From: Adineta vaga
Taxonomy: Eukaryota; Animalia; Rotifera
Direction of reading: 5' to 3'
NCBI GenBank assembly: GCA_021613535.1
Contig: CP075495.1
Span: 8,494,001-8,558,000, forward strand
Length of the DNA: 64,000 bases
Shown: piece after piece, positions 36,979-46,808 of the stretch
Numbering within the stretch: position 1 is the first letter of the stretch
Layout: each line of letters begins with the position of its first letter
Notes under the pieces: generated by a model
Told to the model about the DNA's origin: nothing
Databases searched by the model: none
The model's input: the letters and a program-made list of their open reading frames with translations, nothing else
Position numbers and translations under genes: made by a program

Positions 36979-37506
36979 TTATACTGTCTGACGTATAGTT
37001 CGATAGATTGATCCAATACAATTAACATCAATCCACATATACAAGAAAATATCACTCGGAAGTCCTTGTTTAAAATGTAAATTCAAACATATTGAAGTAA
37101 GAATGGTCAGAATTTTCCAAAGAAAAAATATAAAACGATAATTTAAACCATGATTTGTACCTAAACCATAGTTATAGATAGAATAACTTCCAAACATTAA
37201 TATTGCCATATTGCATAGAAAATTAATATAATCAAGTATTTGTTTCTGTTCATTATATGATAAACAAAGTTGACCGGAAAGTTTTTTTTGAAAAGATAGT
37301 TGACTATAATTATAATTAGTTATTGATGATAAACGAGAGATGATTGTTTGATTGGAATAACTCGTTTTTATAGACGCTAATTCACCCTTCATTTTGTTCA
37401 TTTCTTTACTTAAATAGACAACATCAGAAAAACAAAGAAGAAAAATAGTAGTATAAAAACCGGCTATAACACCCAATACAATCGATGCAAGATTGGTTTC
37501 ATTCAT
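36979..37506 (-). CDS. Orphan multi-pass membrane protein (175 aa from ATG 37506)
   Basis: TM segment LASIVLGVIAGFYTTIFLLCF, short coiled coil LSKEMNKMKGELASIK, further hydrophobic helices. Whether it splices to its neighbours is unresolved. Confidence 0.55.
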   Translation of the reverse strand: MNETNLASIVLGVIAGFYTTIFLLCFSDVVYLSKEMNKMKGELASIKTSYSNQTIISRLSSITNYNYSQLSFQKKLSGQLCLSYNEQKQILDYINFLCNMAILMFGSYSIYNYGLGTNHGLNYRFIFFLWKILTILTSICLNLHFKQGLPSDIFLYMWIDVNCIGSIYRTIRQTV

Positions 37507-37590
37507 AGAAATATGACGAGAAAACAAAAGATTAATTTTGTCTAAAAGAAAAATAACATCAATCTCTATCATATAAGAAATTCACATTTT

Positions 37591-37620
37591 CTTCTTCTTC
37601 TTCTTCTTCTTCTTCTTTTC
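37591..37620 (+). repeat. (CTT)n/(GAA)n microsatellite in the spacer or intron between membrane ORFs
   Basis: cttcttcttcttcttcttcttcttc run. Confidence 0.8.
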
Positions 37621-37622
37621 TC

Positions 37623-38771
37623 CTATCTATTCCATACCCATACAACAGCAAATGAAACAATATACCACAACAAATATACAATAGTAAAGGGTTTTAAATA
37701 TCCCAGTAGATAATATTCCATAAGCATTCTGATTACTATCGATAGAATGGCAAGAATAAATACACAGAAATAATAAAAAACAAAATCTATTCCAATCGAT
37801 TCCTGATCAATATTCATTGTCATACTATCACCACCATGACCATCATCATCGACATCGGCATCATTCGTGAAAAATTCATTCGATTGTTTAAAACGTTGAT
37901 TTAATATAAATATAATTAATGATAATAGAAAACAAATATAAATGATCCAAGAGAATAGATTATACCAATATTCAATTGTATAACAACTGTACATTTTTCT
38001 TGGTAAAATTGTATTATTGATATCATTCGTTGAAGAGAATAAATCATGACTTAAATTAAAACGTTGAGCAACATCTTCAGACCAATTTAATGCAATTACT
38101 AATGATGAAGATACAAATTCCAAGAGATTTTCTAGACTTTCAGGTCGTACAATATAAACAATCGAAAGAGGAATAATGGAGCCAGCTGTCAAACCATACA
38201 TAAACATCGGACAACTCATAATGAAATATTCAGTTTTAATCTAAAATAGCTAAAAAAGAAAATAAAACAACTAATGAATATAAACACGAACAAATAATAA
38301 AACAAGAAGTAACCAAGCTAAATTCGAATAATGAAAATGTTGTAAAGATGTATAGAATATCGATATCAATGAATAAGATATGATATTAACAATATGTAAT
38401 AATTTCATTGTTTGTGTTGTTGATGTATTAAATACACAGAGATGAAAAAGATAGAGAAATAATGAATAAAGTATAAAAGATGATGATATTGATGTAAAAT
38501 AAGAAATTAGTTTTCGTAACCATGAAATAATTGTATGAAATAATGTTGATGATGTTAATGTCTGTTCAATTTGTGAGACTTTTTTCTTTAAACTATTTAT
38601 ATCATGACGAAGTTCATTGATTTCTTTGGAATATTCAGATAAATCATATTTTGAATTATGTAAATAGGAAAGATTTTTATTGTTTATAGATGATGTTCGA
38701 TTATAAATATAGATTAATATGGTACAAACAATTGTCATCACACCAGTTTTTGTTCGAATTTGATTTAACAT
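37623..38771 (-). CDS. Orphan multi-pass membrane protein; ORFs 38271-38771 and 37623-38219 joined by a 51-nt intron
   Basis: GTTCGT donor at 38291 and TTTTAG acceptor at 38241 give an in-frame join ...WLLLVLLF/IKTEYFIMSCPMF...; many hydrophobic helices; coiled coil KEINELRHDINSLKKKVSQIEQTL. Confidence 0.6.
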
Positions 38772-39391
38772 CTGACTTAATTAAAAAGAGACACACAATA
38801 ATGAGGTTTTTTAATAGTCAATTATGATATAACTTCTAGACCGATATGCATGTGTGTAGTAGTAGTAGTTGTAGTTAATGTTGTTGTTTTACACATACAA
38901 GATCATTCGAATGAATTAACCAATCAATAAACATATATAGATGGCGTTAAATACAATCGAATATTGAAAATTCGCTTTTATGTTAAAGTGAGTTTCGAAA
39001 CAAAAAGAGATCGAAGAAATTGAATTTGTTGATGATAGTATATAGAATTGAGATCATTATTAATTGACAAGAAAAAGAAAATCTTATTTGCGTTGATAAG
39101 AAACGTCTAAGTACTAGTAATCCTTATAGAAGTATCGAACATTTTCAAGAGAAAGGCTTCAGTTGACGTCTTGCACATGTAAGAGACATATTGATTTTTA
39201 AATAAATACGTATGATAGGATAGGATACATTTTACTGAATCCTATTTGAATCTTCTAATTTGACTTTTTAAAATCTTATGATTGGTGTTTAATAGTTACC
39301 AATATTGAGTTATAAGTTACTTCTTTTTATCAGTTAAAATCGAACTAAATCGTTATCTGTGCTTAACTGTTGCTATTATTATCATCATCAA

Positions 39392-40807
39392 ATGATACTT
39401 TCAATTGTGCTCATAACGATCATATTTCTTCTCAATCTTGTCTGGTTAAAATATCGTCGAAATATACAGCATAAATCGACCATACCAGGTTTGTCTGCAT
39501 CTGATCCAGAACTTGGCAATCTTGGTGATATTGGTCGAGCTGGTAGTCTTCATCAATTTTTAACTAAATTACATAAAAAATTTGGACCTATTGCTTCATT
39601 CTATTGGAGTAAACAACGTGTTGTTAGTATAGCATCAACGGAAGCTTTTCATGATACACGTCGATTATTTGATCGTCCAATTTCATTGTTTGCTCCATTT
39701 GAGCCATTAATTGGTACTCATAGTATTCAATATGCAAATGGTGACATTGGAAGATACCGTCGAAAAAATCATTATGATGCTGCATTGTCACCCATAGCAC
39801 TTCGGGGACATTTTTTTGATATATTCCAACGTGTACTAAGCGAGAAAATGATTTTATGGCAATCAAACGAAGGGAAACCGTTGGTATTACAAGCGGAAAT
39901 GTTATCGATGGCTATTCGATCAATAACATTAGCTGCTTTTGGTTCGACAATATTATTTGGAGATGAAAAACGTATTGAACAAGCTTATAATACATGTTGG
40001 CATGAAATGGAAATGCGTATTCAAGGTCATGCGATGGATTCAAAACGTGAAGTTGAATTCAATGAAGCTCGAAAGTATTTTTTAGATAAAGTTAAAGAAA
40101 TTATTGCTGAATGTCGTCAACAATCTGGCGATAGAGAAAAATGTTTTATTGATTATTTATTAGCTGACGAAGAACATGTTCTTAGTGAAGAACATATTTG
40201 TGATGAAGTTATTACCATGTTTGTTGGTGGATTTCATACAACCGGAAATCTTCTTACATGGGTTTTATATTATTTAGCTAAAGATCAAAATGTTCAACAG
40301 CGTCTCTATGATGAACTTGTTCAAACATATGAAACAGAATTTCCATCATTTGAACAAATTGATCAAATGACGTATTTAACTAATATTATCAATGAATCAT
40401 TACGTTTATCAGTATTAGCACCATGGGCTGCACGAGTTTCAGCTGATGAACAGATTATCGTATGCGGGCAGATTATTCCAGCTGGTACGCCCATTATTCA
40501 AGCACTTGGTGTTGTGTTAGAAGATGAAAAAATTTGGTCAAATCCATCCGAATTCAATCCTGATCGATTCAATGATGAAAATAAGAAGAAAATTTCTACG
40601 TTAGCTTTTTCACCATTTGGATTTGCTGGTAAACGTATATGTCCCGGTTATCGATTTGCTGAATATGAAACAAGTTTATTCATAGCTGGTATCATACGAA
40701 CATATAAAGTAACTTTAGTTGATCCGACCATTCCTGTTATACCGGTACATGGTTTAGTTACAGCTCCTAAAGAAGAAGCTTTTGTTAGATTCAATCGAAG
40801 GGAATAA
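39392..40807 (+). CDS. CYP20: Cytochrome P450, CYP20 family, intronless
   Basis: N-terminal TM; IPGLSASDPELGNLGDI..GSLHQFLTKLHKKFGPIASF (CYP20-like); I-helix GGFHTTG; K-helix ESLR; FNPDRF; heme motif PFGFAGKRICPG. Confidence 0.88.
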   Translation: MILSIVLITIIFLLNLVWLKYRRNIQHKSTIPGLSASDPELGNLGDIGRAGSLHQFLTKLHKKFGPIASFYWSKQRVVSIASTEAFHDTRRLFDRPISLFAPFEPLIGTHSIQYANGDIGRYRRKNHYDAALSPIALRGHFFDIFQRVLSEKMILWQSNEGKPLVLQAEMLSMAIRSITLAAFGSTILFGDEKRIEQAYNTCWHEMEMRIQGHAMDSKREVEFNEARKYFLDKVKEIIAECRQQSGDREKCFIDYLLADEEHVLSEEHICDEVITMFVGGFHTTGNLLTWVLYYLAKDQNVQQRLYDELVQTYETEFPSFEQIDQMTYLTNIINESLRLSVLAPWAARVSADEQIIVCGQIIPAGTPIIQALGVVLEDEKIWSNPSEFNPDRFNDENKKKISTLAFSPFGFAGKRICPGYRFAEYETSLFIAGIIRTYKVTLVDPTIPVIPVHGLVTAPKEEAFVRFNRRE

Positions 40808-41001
40808 TCGAAATCTTTTTCAAAAAGAGTATGGTCAAGTGAATGGCTTTTCTTTCAGTTAAATAAATATCATTGCAAGAAAATAAAATGTAGTGTACTT
40901 TCTTTTTACGAATCTAAACTATACAATGGAAATAATATATTTTTAAAGTATATACGATTATAAAAATGCAAAATAAACAAAATTTTTCGTTCTGTCAACT
41001 G

Positions 41002-41023
41002 TATATATATATATATATATATA
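41002..41023. repeat. (TA)n microsatellite
   Basis: tatatatatatatatatatat run. Confidence 0.8.
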
Positions 41024-41411
41024 TCAACGAAACAATATGGTCTTATTTACTGATTGGTGAATATCTCTTACGAATAATAAACACAAAGAGGTTAATCTAT
41101 CTATATAAAAACAGATTAAATAACGATATTCACAAAAACCAATGAAATACCGTCTGATGAAATGAAGTTTTTTGCATCAGCATTTTTCTTGTCTTGAAAT
41201 AGGGTTCCATCAATATGCGAATAGTCTCATTCATTTTTTTTAGTTTTTAAATCTGTTTGTCTACATCATTCGAAAAAAAGTGTGATTGTAAATAATATTA
41301 TTAGTACGTTATTGTATTTTTTTGCAAATACCTTTAGATTCATTGTATTATGTCTAGCATAACAATGCTAACTAAGATGCAGAATTTTCAATATGTTTTT
41401 CTAGATTAGAA

Positions 41412-42683
41412 ATGGCTGATAGTACTAGTTCATTACGAAATTTTACTCCTGATCAAACGAATCGTTTGAATGGTTTGAAAACTCGTCGACGAAGTATTTC
41501 AATAAGTTTACATGAAACAACAACACCGGCAATTAAATCTATATCATCATTAGAACATATTGATATATCTGATAATAATTCGTTATTGATTTCACCCTTA
41601 AATTCTGATTTATTATCCGCTTATGATAAATTAACAATATGGAAACGAACAATCGAAAAGCATTTAAATCGTATCTATTTACATAAACTCAAAGAAATTG
41701 ATGATTTATTATCCGATGGACAAACTCAGATTGATATTACTTTTGGCAATATTCCAGCATTTGAACAACTAGCAGTAGTAACATCACAACAAGAGATTCT
41801 TGACCATACATATGATAAGATTGAATTTAATCATCAATTATCTCAATTATTTGATTTAACAAGTAATAATATATTACTTGGCACATCTAATCATAATGTC
41901 GTAATTTATGATGATATCAAATCAAAATTAATGTTATACAATGAAAAATCTTATTTAAATTCATTTTATTGGGATACAAATGAATACGGTGATCCATGCG
42001 ATTTAACCTATTCGAATTATTTAGATCTTTATTGTATAATAACAAATCGTGGTTTATTTACATGGTCATCTGAAAATTTATCATTACCATTACATATTGA
42101 TTCAATTAAACCAATTGTAGGAAATCGTCTATGGACAATAGCATCAACAGACAGTCGCGCAGATGTATTTATCCTATTTAAATTAGGTAGTTATATTGAA
42201 AGATGGAATTCTATAGTGGGTACAAAATCTTGGCAACCTATTCAACGTTGGTCAAATCATGATCTATTTGAACGTAATGATCAACGTATACGAAGTATAC
42301 GAATGACAGCAAATTATGTTGCATGGACTGTTGAATCAACAAAAACATCGGAATGGCGTGTTGATTTACTTGATTACCATTTACGAATTATACGTCAGGG
42401 TATTCAAATCAGTCATTTAGATAAAAATTCGTCCTGTTTATTATCAAATTGTGGTCCTGATCATTTCCTTATTACGGATAGTAATTGTCATTTATTATTT
42501 TTACTTGATTCATATGGTCGAATGAAATTAAAAACAGATTCAATTATACATAAACGTATTAAAAATTCTGTTTTAATGAACAATAATAATCAACAATGGC
42601 TTGTTGTACGATTAGAACGACCAGATCAATTATATTTCATTGCATTGACAGATCAAACAGAAGTTTTAGATGGGCTTATCTAA
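41412..42683 (+). CDS. Hypothetical protein, 423 aa: short helical/coiled region plus probable beta-propeller (NHL-like)
   Basis: Uninterrupted ORF; repeated beta-strand patterns (PCDLTYS..LYCII, FLITDSN.HLLFLLD..G). The fold is an inference. Confidence 0.6.
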   Translation: MADSTSSLRNFTPDQTNRLNGLKTRRRSISISLHETTTPAIKSISSLEHIDISDNNSLLISPLNSDLLSAYDKLTIWKRTIEKHLNRIYLHKLKEIDDLLSDGQTQIDITFGNIPAFEQLAVVTSQQEILDHTYDKIEFNHQLSQLFDLTSNNILLGTSNHNVVIYDDIKSKLMLYNEKSYLNSFYWDTNEYGDPCDLTYSNYLDLYCIITNRGLFTWSSENLSLPLHIDSIKPIVGNRLWTIASTDSRADVFILFKLGSYIERWNSIVGTKSWQPIQRWSNHDLFERNDQRIRSIRMTANYVAWTVESTKTSEWRVDLLDYHLRIIRQGIQISHLDKNSSCLLSNCGPDHFLITDSNCHLLFLLDSYGRMKLKTDSIIHKRIKNSVLMNNNNQQWLVVRLERPDQLYFIALTDQTEVLDGLI

Positions 42684-43172
42684 GTTTATCTTTCTGATAT
42701 AATACATATATATACATAGATCTATATTAACCAAAAATTTTAACGAACAGTTTTTTTTCTTTCTGTGTGTGCTTTATTTTATTATTTTATTTATCTTTAC
42801 GTATATATGTTACTGTTTGATTTCGACAAAGAAACAAAAAAACGAAAGAAACATAACGCTGACAACTAGAAAAGTATTGAAGAAAACGAGGGTTCTACTT
42901 TTGACATAAGATCTGGTTTGACCTATTGATATTTGTTCAAATACAAAAATATACTAGTAATATTTGGATTTTAGAGATAAAGGTGTTACACTTTGTACAA
43001 TATTATCAGTTGTATTCTTGTTTGATAAACTTTGTTCAGGATATATCGAACAGGTGTAGATGACAACATATAAAAGTCGGTCGAATTATATGAATTTCTT
43101 CATATACAGAACTTGGTAAGTCAAATTTCGATTATTGTACGTTTCTGTGGAGTTTAATTGTAGTGTTAAAAA

Positions 43173-43802
43173 ATGCGTTGGTACTGTTGGATCATCTTTT
43201 GTCTCATTGCCTGCTCTCTATCATGGGCTCTTCCATCAGTTGATGATGTGAATGAAAATACATTGATTGCAAGTGAAAAGGAAGATATAAAAAGTAGTCT
43301 TGTTGAAAACGGACTTTTAAATGAAGAGGAAGATGATGATGATGATGATGATGCTGATGATGATGACGATGAAGATGTATTGGCTATTACTGATCGACAT
43401 CTTCGAAAACAAAAACCTAAAAAAGAGAAAGATGAAGATAAATCAAGCGAAAGTGATGAAAAAGATGGAAAGAAATTAAAAAAGAAGAAATGTATCTGTT
43501 TCCAACGAAAACCACATCGATTTTATTTCAAAAAACGTCCACATTGGCCAGGTATATAAAGAATTCTTTATCTCTTGAAAATAAAACAGGATCAGTAATT
43601 TCTGTCTTTGTTTTTTTAAGGAAAACATCGTCAACGTCCATCCACGAATCAAGATAAAAAACGACCAACTTCATCATCTGCATCTCCAAGTAATCAAGGC
43701 AAACCAAATCAAAACGGATGTAAGACAGTACTTTGCAATCTTCTTTCATCAGTTAAAATTACCTTATCGAATTTTACAGCTAATGCAAGTCCACGTCCAT
43801 GA
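43173..43802 (+). CDS. Secreted protein: signal peptide, poly-Asp/Glu tract, Lys/Arg-rich C-terminal half (3 coding exons)
   Basis: Signal peptide MRWYCWIIFCLIACSLSWA; EEEDDDDDDDADDDDDED; KKLKKKKCICFQRKPHRFYFKKRPHWPG; introns at about 43553-43620 and 43730-43779 lead to ...SNASPRP*. Confidence 0.7.
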
Positions 43803-44240
43803 ATGTCCGATGATGTTTGAATTGAATGCAATTAGAATCTTTATTTATCACATATTAATCTTTTTCTTTGATGTAGATTATAAAGTAGATTTTATTCTAT
43901 GAATAAAATATTCATCATATCTATTGGGCTAAGAATATTTGTTTACTTTTGTGATACTACGAATGCACAGAGATAGTTTGATGGAGCTTCATACTTTATC
44001 GATTTTTCTTGTTGTTAATTGATGTTGACGTGCTCCGATAGTGTTAAGAGGAGTAACTACTGGTCGACGACAATGTAAAAACAATATTCTAGTCTTTCGT
44101 CGTACTTTTGATAGACTACTAAGACATAGATATGGAACTACAGTTAGCATACACATAGACAACAGAAAAATCCATTCAGAAGTCTTTTGCATCAAAATCT
44201 TTATCACCTAATAAATGCCCCAGTTGTGTAATATTAAAAC

Positions 44241-44820
44241 TTAAGTTTGTCGAACAACTCGTACCATAAGTAATATACTAAATACATTGATTAAACACAT
44301 TAATGCAAAACCATGCATAAATTGTTCATAGATAATAATTCTCACATGGATAGAAAAACATGAAACTTGTATAATAAATGAATGGATAAATAACACAAAA
44401 ACTAAGGGACATATGATGACCAATAAAACATTTTAAACGTGTATTCATCAGTTTTTTATGAAAGATGAAGATGTGGCGTTCAATTGATGCCCATAGAAGT
44501 AATAGAAAAGAAACGAGAACAAAGTAAAAATCAATAAAATTATAAATATAACAATAGGCTAACGTAGTCGGCCAATTTATCCCTGTAATGTGATAACTTA
44601 CACTCATTGGTGCATCAGTAACTATTTGAGCGCATGTATTGATTAGTAAATGAATGATAACATGATTATTATGAACACGATAGTGTGCACGATAGTTGAT
44701 AGGAAATGGTACAAAACAAAAATGAAACATGGAATCGAAATTATAGTAACAGATAACAAAAGTGAAAATTGAATTGATCGCGGAGGAAATATGTACTTGA
44801 AATGAGAAATTGTTCAACAT
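44241..44820 (-). pseudogene. Degenerate class A (rhodopsin-like) GPCR
   Basis: TM2 HNNHVIIHLLIN, TM3 LLLWASIERHIFIFH and TM4 CVIYPFIYY, then a stop at 44326. The TM5-like FMHGFALMCLINVFSILLMVRV lies in another frame and stops; no TM6/7. Confidence 0.65.
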
Positions 44821-45761
44821 TGCTATTGTAATGTTGGCAACTATCAGTGTAAGTCAGTTGATTTAGAATAAACAGCATTGAAGACAAACAATATAAACAA
44901 AAAAAATGTTAGATCCTATATATTATCTACAAAACTACACGGATGTACGCATATTATTGTAATCCATTGTTATTTTTCATCATTGATTATATGTTTTCTA
45001 ATTATTTTTTTGTGACTGTGTTGTATTCTTTTTTTTTTACCTAGACAAAATATTGTGAAATGTTTATTCATTCGATACAAATGATATTGAGAAAACTTGC
45101 TGAAAAATCTTTTTCATGTACTAAATCGTAAATGCTGAAGATGAATAATTAGAAATTCATGCAAACAAAAGGATGTTTTTTTATATTGTGTTGACAGGAA
45201 ACATTCGTATACAAAAGACAAAATCGCTTTGATAGTCACAGTCATACAATTTACACATGTATGTTATTTTAGGTAATGTGCTTTAATTTTCAACAGGAAA
45301 CGCCTTTGTTTTTCCATCATACGATGCATTTTTACGTATTAGAACTATCACTTTTGACTGACCTCGAAAAGAATTTCTATTTATATAAACCAATTTTGAT
45401 TCAATACTAAAATATCTTAATCATCATTCATTCGTACAGCGTAATGAGGGTATTTTTTGATTAAAAAATAGAATGCTGCTGTAATTTGTTGTCTAGTGTA
45501 ACTGTAAGATATTCGAAGATTGTGAGAACGTTTGATTTCCATTGAATTGTTCACTATTTCACTTTCTATTTTTATTTTTATTTATACGATAAAACCAATT
45601 TTACAAAAAAAGAAATACTCTGAGGAAAAACATTACATGAGTAGTAGAATCGCTGATTAAGATTAGATTAGAAAATAGAAAAATGTTTAGAGGGAAAAAA
45701 ACTACGTTATTCTAAACTGACTAATTCATATCTAAAGGAAAGAAATGTTTGATTTGTATCT

Positions 45762-46274
45762 TCAATTATTAATTCGAATTAATTGTTTATCAAGGATTAA
45801 TGGTAACATTATAATTGCAGGTAGTGTATGTTGTTTAACTTTTCGAATATTTTCTTTTAAATCATCAATTTTCCATTTAATTAAATCAATATCTTGCTCA
45901 TTTCCATCATTCGTTACAATGAATTCTTCAATTTGATACTGTAATCGACGAATATCTTTACGTTGTTTATCATATTTTTCATAAATGTACCGATTAAACT
46001 CTTGACATTTCTCTTCCGATAGACGATCAATTGTTGTATAACTATCAACACGCCATTGTAACATTTGTTGACGAAAATTTGCGATTGCTCGTTCGATATC
46101 TAATGTTTTTAATTGCAAATCAATTTCATCGATTTCAATTTTTAATGGATTTAATTGAGAATCTATTGAATTCATATGTTGCCATAAATGTTCAAGACAA
46201 AAATCTTTCTTACAACATTTACATAATGCTCGTGATAATCGTTTACATCGATCCGTATAACATTTTTGAGACAT
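45762..46274 (-). CDS. B-box-like Cys/His zinc finger plus coiled-coil protein, 170 aa
   Basis: C-x4-C-KRLSRALC-x-CC-KKDFC-x2-H-x3-H followed by a heptad-rich helical region. Confidence 0.65.
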   Translation of the reverse strand: MSQKCYTDRCKRLSRALCKCCKKDFCLEHLWQHMNSIDSQLNPLKIEIDEIDLQLKTLDIERAIANFRQQMLQWRVDSYTTIDRLSEEKCQEFNRYIYEKYDKQRKDIRRLQYQIEEFIVTNDGNEQDIDLIKWKIDDLKENIRKVKQHTLPAIIMLPLILDKQLIRINN

Positions 46275-46808
46275 TGATTGATGATGAAATCAGCCGAAGA
46301 AAAAAATTTGTGTTTTAATATTGTGGAAAAGAAATATTATGACGAGAAAAAAAATCCAACCGAAGAGTTTATTTCTGTTTTTCACTAATCATTTGTCATC
46401 GTAGTAAATAATGTTGATGTCAATATTTAGTTTTCAATAGGTTCCATTCAATTAAGAATAATGAGTTGATTCTGTTTTATCGAGAAATAGGTCAAAGAAA
46501 ATAATGAGAGAATATATTTCATATCTTTTGACATCTCAAACTCCCAGCACGCAAACATCAGATGAACGGAACTCTATCGTGAACATTTCACATTGTATAA
46601 AACTATATTTTTTTTTTATAAAAAATGCAAATAGAATCGATACATACTAAAGAAAACATATCATTCCTTACAAAACGCTGATGTATTTTTTTTTAAATAA
46701 ATATTTGTCTCATTCTGTGTACTTTTAATTAGTAAAATCGTGAAAATATTTCTTCAAAGACAGAACATTGTGTATGTTTTTTATTTCAAAAGCAATTAAC
46801 AAAAATAT

